Source: Ostreococcus lucimarinus (taxonomy: Eukaryota). From it: a stretch of 64,000 bases of DNA. The stretch is taken from NCBI GenBank assembly GCA_000092065.1, contig CP000587.1; one strand, 5' to 3'. How positions within the stretch are numbered: position 1 is the first letter of the stretch; each line of letters opens with the position of its first letter. The translations under genes and the position numbers were made by a program. Positions 51,584 through 59,493 of the stretch are shown piece by piece. The notes under the pieces were generated by a model that made no database searches, was not told where the DNA came from, and saw nothing but the letters and a program-made list of their open reading frames with translations.

Positions 51584-53701
51584 ATGGTGGCGCTGCCGCC
51601 GAGACCGACGTTCAGCGACGACGCGACGTCGGACGACGTCACCTCGAGCGACGCGTCGAGCGCTGAACGTCGAGCGGACGCGAACGCGCGCGAGACGGCG
51701 ACGCGCGACGACGCGACGTCGCGGGACGACGACGTCGCGAGACGCGGGACGCGCGACGCGCGAGGGCGACGAGGACGTGCGGGACGAACGAGGGAAGAGG
51801 CGAGCGACGACGACGACGCGAACGACGGGGCGTCGTACTGGGCGAACGCGCGAATCGCGGTGACGGAGTACGCGAGAGAGGATGCGATTGAAATCGCGCG
51901 AGAATTGCGCGCGCTGGGGGCGACGGCGACGGAACGGTACGACGAGGCGTGCACGCACGTGGTGACGCCGTTTCAGCGAGGCGAGGGGTACGAGCGCGGG
52001 ATGATGGACGGGAAAATCGTCGTGTCGTACGCGTGGATCGAGGATTGCGCGACGCAAAAGAAGATTGTGGACCGAGACGCCAAGGCGCTGTACGCGCCGC
52101 TGCGAAGCGCCGAAGGCGTGGACGGATTCGGGACGCTGTGCGTCGTCGTGGACGGGTACGAAGGGCAGGAGAAGTTAGATATCGTGGAACTGATCGAAGC
52201 CGCGGGGGGGAGGGCGGACGAGGACGTGAGCGCGCAGACGACGCACTTGGTGTGCCGTCGCGCGGGGTCGCCGGCGTACGCGCAAGCCGTGCTCGCGGGA
52301 CGCGCGCGAGTCGTCAATCACGTCTGGGTGGAGGATTGCATTCGGCAGTGGACGCTGTTGCCGACGCGCGCGGGCGATCGGTACACCAAGCCCGGGGTGG
52401 AGATCGATTACGAGCTCGCGCTCGAGCGCGAGCGACGCGCGCGCGCCGAGGCGGAACGCGAGCTCGACGAGGAGGAGCGTCGAACGCAGAGCTTGCAAGA
52501 GCTGCTCGACGCCGAGGAGCGCGAGCGAGACGATTTGCAGCGACAGTTGGACGACAGCGAGTCGCAGCGCATGGCGCTTCGCGAGATGCTCGAGGGCGAG
52601 GCGGACAATCGCGAGGGCGTGTACGAACAATTTCTTCGTCAACGCGGCGACGTCGAAGAGTTGCAAAAGCTGCTGCGTCAATCCGAGGCGAGCCGGGCGG
52701 AGCAAGAGTCGCGAATCGTGCAGGGCGAGGAAGAAAGACGCTCGTTGCTTCGCCAACTCGAGCAAACGCGCGGGTTGCAGACGAATTTACAAACGCAATT
52801 CACGCACTCGCGTCAAGACTTGCTCACGCAGCTCGAACAACGCTTGCAACAAATCGAAGAGACGCGCTCGGAGCTCGCCGAGGAGCGCCGCGCGCACGCC
52901 GAGACGCGACAATTGTTGGAAGACGAACGCAAGGTGCAATTCACCGCGCACGAAAAGATTCGAGTCGCGGAGAAGGAGGCGAAGCAGGCGCGGGATCAGC
53001 TCAACGGCGAAGCGCGCGAAAAGACGGCGTTGCAAAAGCAATTGGACGCCGAGCGTAAATCTCGTTTGCACATTCTCAGCGACTTTGACAACGAGCGCAA
53101 GCAACGCGAGCACTTGATTAAGCAGCTCGAGGCCGAGCAAAAGCTTCGTCAAAGTTTACAACAAGCCGTGAGCGCAAAGGAAGAGTTGCGCGTGCGCGCC
53201 GAGGAAGAGATTCAACGCCTCAACGAAGACATTCAAGAGATGATGGACGAAATCGATCGCCTGAAGACGTTTGAACCGCCCGAGGTGGACGAAACGGAAA
53301 AGATTCAAGTGAAACTCTTCTTGGACGAGGACATTCGATTCCTCGAGCTCGAACGAGACGTGTCGTTCGAAGAGCTCGTCATCGCCGTGGGCAAGGTGTT
53401 CATCGAGTCGTACTCGATCAAGTTTGAAGACGCAGACAAGCACCACATCACGCTGCGATCGACGGACGACGTGCGCATCGCGTGTCGTCAACACGAAAAA
53501 TCAGAAGCCTCGTATTTAAAGCTTCTTTTGGACAGAGCGATCAAAGAAAAGGGAGGCTTGTTCTCGATGCGTCGTAAAAAGTCACAGAGTCTCGGCGGCG
53601 ACGCCGACGCGAAAAAGAAGGGCGGCTTGATGGATAAAATCTTGTTCTTCCGCAAGTCGAAAAAGTCGGGCGACGACGACGACGACGACGACGACGCGTG
53701 A
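51584..53701 (+). CDS. BRCT-BRCT-coiled-coil-PB1 domain protein
   Basis: Two BRCT-like modules (ARIAVTEYAREDAIEIARELRALGATATERYDEACTHVVTP...VVSYAWIEDC; LCVVVDGYEGQEKLDIVELIEAAGGRADEDVSAQTTHLVC...VVNHVWVEDC). A roughly 300-aa coiled coil follows (ERELDEEERRTQSLQELLDAEERERDDLQRQLDDSES...). The C-terminal PB1-like domain is IQVKLFLDEDIRFLELERDVSFEELVIAVGKVFIESYSIKFEDADKHHITLRSTDDV, ending in a poly-Asp tail. Confidence 0.6.
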   Translation: MVALPPRPTFSDDATSDDVTSSDASSAERRADANARETATRDDATSRDDDVARRGTRDARGRRGRAGRTREEASDDDDANDGASYWANARIAVTEYAREDAIEIARELRALGATATERYDEACTHVVTPFQRGEGYERGMMDGKIVVSYAWIEDCATQKKIVDRDAKALYAPLRSAEGVDGFGTLCVVVDGYEGQEKLDIVELIEAAGGRADEDVSAQTTHLVCRRAGSPAYAQAVLAGRARVVNHVWVEDCIRQWTLLPTRAGDRYTKPGVEIDYELALERERRARAEAERELDEEERRTQSLQELLDAEERERDDLQRQLDDSESQRMALREMLEGEADNREGVYEQFLRQRGDVEELQKLLRQSEASRAEQESRIVQGEEERRSLLRQLEQTRGLQTNLQTQFTHSRQDLLTQLEQRLQQIEETRSELAEERRAHAETRQLLEDERKVQFTAHEKIRVAEKEAKQARDQLNGEAREKTALQKQLDAERKSRLHILSDFDNERKQREHLIKQLEAEQKLRQSLQQAVSAKEELRVRAEEEIQRLNEDIQEMMDEIDRLKTFEPPEVDETEKIQVKLFLDEDIRFLELERDVSFEELVIAVGKVFIESYSIKFEDADKHHITLRSTDDVRIACRQHEKSEASYLKLLLDRAIKEKGGLFSMRRKKSQSLGGDADAKKKGGLMDKILFFRKSKKSGDDDDDDDDA

Positions 53702-53825
53702 GGACGCAGACGCGTCGTCTCGCTTGTAACAACCAATCGAATTGAATCAACATCTTCGTAGAATTTCAAACAAAAGGACACCGCGCGTTATCAATCGGTA
53801 TCAAACAATTACAGTCTCAAACAAT

Positions 53826-54740
53826 CTACCACGCCTTGCGAGCGTTTCTGGCTAAAAAGTCGTCGTCTTTATCGTCCGCGGGATCGGCGGAGGACGTGAA
53901 GAGCGACGCGTACACCGCGGCGTCGGCATTTTTTGGCGCCTGAGCGACAAACTTTTTACGCTTTGCGGCGTTTTCGCCGGCGTCGCCGCGCGTCGCGTCC
54001 GACTTGCCTCTTTTCGCCTTCTTCTTGCTGTCTTTCTTCGCTTTCTCTTCGTCTAAAATAGCCTTCAAAAGCTCGAGCTCTTCGCCACGAGGATTCACGG
54101 GAATGGGCGGCGGCGCGTCGGCGAGTTTCAATCCGTCGTTCATTTCCTCCACCGCCGCCTTGGCCTCGCGAAGCGCTTTGTCCGCGACGACCACGCCGCT
54201 CGGACGCATGACGACGAATTTCGTCTTCCCGTTGAAATCTAGCCCCGTGATCGGGCACGCGAACACCGCTTCGGCGTTGCCGCATCGAAAGTTTCTCGCG
54301 TTCACCGACGACGACTCAACCTTGGACGACTTGTCCGCGCGCCGCTTCTCAAATTTGCACGTCACGAGCGCCTTCATCCCGGTGATGTGCTCGATGCGTT
54401 TCGGCAGCGCGACGCCGTCGATGGCTTTATCGCGCAACGCCTTCAGCACGGGCTCTTTGTTATACAGCGCCCCGACGCGATCGACGACGACGCCGTTTTC
54501 CCCGCTCTCGAGCGGTTCCTCCGTCAACGCGCACGTGAACCATCGCGCCAAATCCTCCTCCGCCTCGTCCCTATCGCGCACGGTACTTTGCGCGGAATAC
54601 CGCACGAACCCGCCGAGACTTTCCTTCTTCCGACTGAACGTCGTCCCCCCGTTCCACGCGTACATCTCCAAATACGCCGAACGCGACTCCGCGCCCGTGG
54701 CGCCGCCGTCGCCGCCCCCCCCCAGCAATCCCAGCGTCAT
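53826..54740 (-). CDS. RTF2: Replication termination factor 2 (RTF2, DUF602 RING-like) homolog
   Basis: An ATG at about 54740 gives MTLGLLGGGGDGG...RVGALYNKEPVLKALRDK...VFACPITGLDFNGKTKFVVMRPSGVVVADKALREAK. This parallels human RTF2 (ELGRLYNKDAVIEFLLDK...RFICPVVGLEMNGRHRFCFLRCCGCVFSERALKEIK), and the length of about 305 aa matches. Confidence 0.7.
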   Translation of the reverse strand: MTLGLLGGGGDGGATGAESRSAYLEMYAWNGGTTFSRKKESLGGFVRYSAQSTVRDRDEAEEDLARWFTCALTEEPLESGENGVVVDRVGALYNKEPVLKALRDKAIDGVALPKRIEHITGMKALVTCKFEKRRADKSSKVESSSVNARNFRCGNAEAVFACPITGLDFNGKTKFVVMRPSGVVVADKALREAKAAVEEMNDGLKLADAPPPIPVNPRGEELELLKAILDEEKAKKDSKKKAKRGKSDATRGDAGENAAKRKKFVAQAPKNADAAVYASLFTSSADPADDKDDDFLARNARKAW

Positions 54741-55224
54741 CGCCCGTCCGTCCCCCCCGCGTCGCCGAACGATCTCGTACACATCGCTCGCGCCCCTCGA
54801 CGTCGCGTCGGCGTCGATCACGTCGTCGTCCGCGTACTCCGCGCGCGCCGCCGTCTCGCCCGGCCGCCGCCGCCGCGTCAGCGCCAATCCTCGCACGTCC
54901 TCGCGCTCGCTCGCGCGCAGCGCCCGCGCCAGCACCTCGCGCGCCGTCGTCGCGTTCGGCACGACGTCCACGCCTCGAGCGCGCCCCGTCGCGGACGCGC
55001 GCGCGTCGCGAACGAAGATTTGTTTCGCGCGCGTCCCGACGTCCGTGGAACTTTTCGTCCCGTCTTCACCGCTCGCGCGCGCCGTCGCGCGCGCGCGCCG
55101 CGCGTCGACGCGCATCGTAGGTTCTCGCGTTCGCGCGCGCGTCGCGCGTCGCTCGACGGTCGACGCGTCGCGACGTGCGGCGACGCGCGTTCGTCACTCG
55201 TCGCCGCGCCGAAAAGTTTGCGTC

Positions 55225-56670
55225 ATGGACGACGACCTCGTCGCCGCGTTCAGCGCGAACCTGCTGAGCAAATCGTACGTGAACCAGGGCGCGCAGAGCC
55301 TGCGGGCGCACGACAAGGTGTTCGCCAGGTTGCTCGCGAATCGACGGATGCTCGGCAGAGGATTGAACGACGTCGCGATTGAATTCTTGGTGCACAAACT
55401 GAGCGTGATGGATTCGAATAATTTTATCGATAACGTCGGCGTGGGCGAGCGAGAGGGACGAGTGTTCAGCGACATGGTGCGACGACGGTGCTACTCGATG
55501 ACGCACGGGATCGGGCGGTCGGGAGACATCACGGCGGAACAGCCAAAGGCGTGCGGGAGCTCGGCGGCGCACGCGTTGGCGCAGTGCATGGCGAGAGACG
55601 CGTTGAGATTGGCGGGAATGCGAGACCTGGGGAAGCGCGCGTTGGTGCTGCCGCTCGCGACTGGGATGACGCTGACGTTGGTGCTCAGCTCGTTGCGGTT
55701 GATGGTTAGAAATAGCGCGGATGGGGGGGTTGACGCGGCGGCGCCGAACGTCGTGATTTGGTGTCGCTTGGATCAAAAGACGTGCGTCAAGGCGGCTACG
55801 TGCGCCGGTCTCGAGATCGTCGTCATCGAGCCCGTGTTGAACGGTGATCAATTAGATACGAACGTGCACGCGATCGAGCGCGCGATCGAGGACGTCGGTG
55901 TCGACCGACTCGTGGCTGTGGTGACGAGCACGAGTTGTTTCGCGCCGCGCGCGTGCGACGACGTCGAGACGGTGGCCAAGTTGTGCGAAAAGAAGAACGT
56001 CGCACACGTCATCAATAACGCCTACGGCGTGCAGAGTAGGGTGTTATGCGAGCGTGTGAGCAAGGCGTGGACCGTCGGGCGCGTCGACGCGGTGGTGCAG
56101 TCGACGGATAAAAACTTCATGGTGCCCGTGGGCGGCGCCGTCGTGTGTTGCGGCAAGCGAAACGAGGCGTTGGTGGAAGCTGTGGCGCGCAACTACCCCG
56201 GACGTGCCTCGGCGTCGGCTAGCATGGATATGTTCATCACGCTGCTATCCATGGGAGAGGAGCATTGGTTGCGTCTGCTCGACGAGCGAGAAAAGTTGTA
56301 CGATTACATGCACGCAGAGCTGAGCAAAGTCGCCGAAGAGGAGGGCGAACGAATGTTGCGCACGCCCGGAAATCCCATATCGATGGCGATGACGCTTTCA
56401 TGCGCTCGAGGCATTTCTCCGACTATGTTCGGCTCTATGCTGTTCTCGCGATGCGTCTCGGGCACGCGCGTCGTGGCGCCTGGAGAAGTCAAAACCGTCG
56501 GCGGCATCGAGTTTCACGGCTTCGGCGCGTCGCATTCGGCGTACCCGGAGACGTACTTTACCGCGGCCGCGGCGATCGGGACCACGCGCGCCGACGTCGA
56601 TCGCTTCGCGTCAGTCTTGCGCAAGACTTTCAAGGATTTCAAGAAAAAGTCTCAGCCAGCTGCCGCATAG
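55225..56670 (+). CDS. SEPSECS: O-phosphoseryl-tRNA(Sec) selenium transferase (SepSecS / SLA-LP), the selenocysteine synthase
   Basis: An ATG at about 55225 gives MDDDLVAAFSANLLSKSYVNQGAQSLRAHDKVFARLLAN...LSVMDSNNFIDNVGVGEREGRVFSDMVRRRCYSMTHGIGRSGDITAEQPKACGSS...TSTSCFAPR...NNAYGVQS...QSTDKNFMVPVGGAVV...YPGRASASASMD. Near residue-by-residue collinear with human SEPSECS, including the PLP-lysine region. Confidence 0.9.
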   Translation: MDDDLVAAFSANLLSKSYVNQGAQSLRAHDKVFARLLANRRMLGRGLNDVAIEFLVHKLSVMDSNNFIDNVGVGEREGRVFSDMVRRRCYSMTHGIGRSGDITAEQPKACGSSAAHALAQCMARDALRLAGMRDLGKRALVLPLATGMTLTLVLSSLRLMVRNSADGGVDAAAPNVVIWCRLDQKTCVKAATCAGLEIVVIEPVLNGDQLDTNVHAIERAIEDVGVDRLVAVVTSTSCFAPRACDDVETVAKLCEKKNVAHVINNAYGVQSRVLCERVSKAWTVGRVDAVVQSTDKNFMVPVGGAVVCCGKRNEALVEAVARNYPGRASASASMDMFITLLSMGEEHWLRLLDEREKLYDYMHAELSKVAEEEGERMLRTPGNPISMAMTLSCARGISPTMFGSMLFSRCVSGTRVVAPGEVKTVGGIEFHGFGASHSAYPETYFTAAAAIGTTRADVDRFASVLRKTFKDFKKKSQPAAA

Positions 56671-56689
56671 ATTCTAGAATTTGCTATTT

Positions 56690-58480
56690 CTATTCGATTT
56701 CGTCGCGACTGCGCTTGCCCGACCCGTAGGACGCGAGGAGGACGTCAACACGCGCGAGCGCCGACTGCATGATCCCAATTTGCCCGGAAAGATACCAACG
56801 CGTCGCGTTAGCGACTGAGTGGGTGCTTTCGTGGTGCACCGTGCTCAGGCGGTGACTGAGCGAACCCTCTGATGCTTGCCGCTCCGCCACTAAATGGCAC
56901 AGATGCGACCGCAGCTCGCAGAGAACTTTGTACTCGAGTTCGCCGTCGACGACGGTGTACGGATGGTATCCATCTATCCGTTCACACCACTCCATAAAAC
57001 GTTGCGGAGCGCTCATGATCCTCATTTGCGTCAATACGCGATCGAGCGAACCATCGAGCGCGATGCACGCGGGAAGCTCCGTCAAATCGACTCCGCACAT
57101 TTCCGAAGCGCGCGCGAGCGCTGCTGTTTGTTCCTCGTTCGCTTGGGACGCGAGCGATGAAAGCACCACGCGATCGTACGGGTTGCTCGGCAGAGTGAAC
57201 CCGTAATACGCCATTAAGTCGGCGTTGTCTAAACGACCGTACGATATAGTGATCGCGTCGCCCGGGCGCGCGCCGCGCGCGAGTTCTAGTCGAAACGCGC
57301 GCGTTCCGCGCTCCAATGACGTGTATCGCACGGAGTGCGCGTACAACGCGTGATTACACAAAAACACGCCGGGAACGATAACCTCGTAAATTTGCAAAGT
57401 CTGAGGATCCTGCACCTTCATGGCGTACGACGTCCAAATGTCGTACGCTAAAGCGAATCGCGAGTAATCGCCGAATACGCTCGCGGGAAACGCCTCCGGC
57501 ACTTGTTCGCACAACGCCGGGAACAACGCGTCGTACTGCACTCGTACTTTTCGCTGGTAATCGATCAATCGTTCGACTTGATCGTGGTCCATGACGAGTC
57601 GCATGGTGTCCACATCCCACGCCAACGCGGTGCACGGCGCGCGCGGAAGCGCGCGCAGCGTCGGCGCCCACGCTTCGTACAGGCGCGAGTCCTGGCCGCT
57701 CATCGCCGCCGCGAGCCATATCGTCATGATGATTTGATCGCCCATCGCCGTGAGTTGTTTCAAAACCTCACAAATCGGCGCGGACGATGAAAGCACCGCC
57801 TGCTCGACGCCGAGCAACGCGTCCCAAGGCACGCGCGCCGCCGCGTCGCCCGCGTCGACGGCGGCGCTCGCGCGCGCCTCTCGCATCCCCCCTTCGCTGA
57901 CGTTCGCCACGAACTTAAACATCGCCCCTCGTTGCGTCGCCCAGAGAAACATCTCATCGCACGCGTCGTCACGCGCGGCGTTCGTCGTCGACGCAGCGCC
58001 CGCGAGCCCAGACAACGCGCGCGTCGCCTCCATTTTAAGCGTCTCAAGCGCGATTTCCGCCGCGCGGCGTCCATCCTCACCGATCGCCGATCCCGCGATC
58101 GCGTCGGCCAGCGCGCGCATCGCCAGCGCGTACGCCGCCGTGTCTCGTCCCGGCGACGCGCGCGCGTCGAGCGTCGCGTCTCCAGGATCCACGCCCTCGC
58201 GCGTCCTCGCGAACGCCTCGTCCGCCGCTCGCAGCGCGCGCGTCGCGTCCTCGATCGTCGCGCCGCGATGTTCGCGCGCGCCTCCCGCGCTCGCGCACCG
58301 CGCGATCGTCATCAACGCGCGCACTTTCTCCGCGATCCACCGTTCGCCGTCGTCCCTCGAGCTCGCTCGCGCGTCGTCTCGCGCGTCGAACGTCACCGCA
58401 TTCGTCGCGAGCGTCGCGCGCGCGAGCTCGAGCGCGAACGCGTCGTCGACGCCGACGGCGATCTCGCACGCGACGGGCAT
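56690..58480 (-). CDS. SET-domain protein-lysine N-methyltransferase of the Rubisco LSMT/SETD6 class (with Rubisco-LSMT substrate-binding-like C-terminus)
   Basis: SET core ...VPGVFLCNHALYAHSVRYTSLERGTRAFRLELARGARPGDAITISYGRLDNADLMAYYGFTLPSNPYDRVVL, with the characteristic ISYGxLSNxxLLxxYGF pattern. A true ATG lies at 58480. Confidence 0.7.
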   Translation of the reverse strand: MPVACEIAVGVDDAFALELARATLATNAVTFDARDDARASSRDDGERWIAEKVRALMTIARCASAGGAREHRGATIEDATRALRAADEAFARTREGVDPGDATLDARASPGRDTAAYALAMRALADAIAGSAIGEDGRRAAEIALETLKMEATRALSGLAGAASTTNAARDDACDEMFLWATQRGAMFKFVANVSEGGMREARASAAVDAGDAAARVPWDALLGVEQAVLSSSAPICEVLKQLTAMGDQIIMTIWLAAAMSGQDSRLYEAWAPTLRALPRAPCTALAWDVDTMRLVMDHDQVERLIDYQRKVRVQYDALFPALCEQVPEAFPASVFGDYSRFALAYDIWTSYAMKVQDPQTLQIYEVIVPGVFLCNHALYAHSVRYTSLERGTRAFRLELARGARPGDAITISYGRLDNADLMAYYGFTLPSNPYDRVVLSSLASQANEEQTAALARASEMCGVDLTELPACIALDGSLDRVLTQMRIMSAPQRFMEWCERIDGYHPYTVVDGELEYKVLCELRSHLCHLVAERQASEGSLSHRLSTVHHESTHSVANATRWYLSGQIGIMQSALARVDVLLASYGSGKRSRDEIE

Positions 58481-58893
58481 CGGCGCGTCGCGCGTCGTTC
58501 GTCGAGTCCCGGTCGCGTCGCGCGCGCGTCGCGGCGGGCCGCCTCGCGCGCGCGCCGCCGTGCGACGTCGCGCCGCCGTCGCGCGTCGGCGGGTCGGCGG
58601 CGCGCGCGTCCCGCGACGTTTCGCCTCCCCGCGACGATGGCGCGATCGCGGCGTGCGCGGTGACGCCGGAAGGGCGCGCTCGGACGACGCGCGCCACCTC
58701 GCGACGACCCGCGTCGTTCGCGTCGCCGCGCGTCGTCCATCGACGTCGCGGCGCGACGCGGATGACGCGCGAGACGCGCGAGACGCGCGAGACGCGCGCG
58801 AGACGCGCGAAGACGCGCGCGAACGACGGTTCGACCAAGGCTGGCGACGCGAGCGCGAACGCGCGGACGCTCGTGACGTTCGGGTTCGGGTCG

Positions 58894-59328
58894 ATGTCGC
58901 GAAAATACGCCGAGCGCGCGCGCGCGTCGCCGTCGTCGTCGCCGTCGCCGTCGTCGACGCGGGACGGGCGTCGCGCGGCGTCGAGCGAAGACGCGCGCGC
59001 GCGCGGCGTCGCGTGTCGCGTGTGCCTCGAGCCGGGCGACGACGACGACAAGGGTCCGCTCGAATCGCTCGGGTGCGACTGCGCCGCGGACGTTAGATTC
59101 GCGCACGAATCGTGCGCCGCGCGTTGGTTCGCGCCCAAGACTCGCGGCGTGGCCGTCGGACGCGCCTTGGCGCGCGAGTGGTCGTTGACGTGGTCGTGCG
59201 CGTGCGAAATCTGCGGCGCCGCGCTCTCGCGCGACGTCACGCGTCGCGTCGTGCGCTTCGCGAAGCGCGCCGTTCGCGAGTTCGACGTTCGCTCGTCCTC
59301 GTCGTCGGATCGACGCCCGTCGGATTGA
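58894..59328 (+). CDS. Candidate small RING-CH (RINGv, C4HC3) zinc-finger protein
   Basis: An ATG at about 58894 gives MSRKYAERARASPSSSPSPSSTRDGRRAASSEDARARGVACRVCLEPGDDDDKGPLESLGCDCAADVRFAHESCAARWF...CACEIC. The spacing C-x2-C-x13-C-x-C-x7-H-x2-C-x2-W...C-x-C-x2-C fits the RING-CH pattern. It lies in the SET/UBA1 intergenic region, which is very GC-rich, so a chance ORF cannot be excluded. Confidence 0.4.
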   Translation: MSRKYAERARASPSSSPSPSSTRDGRRAASSEDARARGVACRVCLEPGDDDDKGPLESLGCDCAADVRFAHESCAARWFAPKTRGVAVGRALAREWSLTWSCACEICGAALSRDVTRRVVRFAKRAVREFDVRSSSSSDRRPSD

Positions 59329-59360
59329 CGACGCGATTGATGACGCGCGCGTCGTCATTC

Positions 59361-59390
59361 AATCAACGCAATCAATCAATCAATCAATCG
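59361..59390. repeat. Microsatellite (CAAT)n about 100 bp upstream of the UBA1 start
   Basis: Direct reading gives aatcaacgcaatcaatcaatcaatcaatcg. Confidence 0.85.
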
Positions 59391-59493
59391 ACGCACCCAT
59401 CGAATCGAACGACGAAACCCATCGCGCGCGCCTCGACGGCGATCTCTCTCGAGCGCGCGTCACTCGCCGACGCGACGCGCCGAGCGGTCGTAC

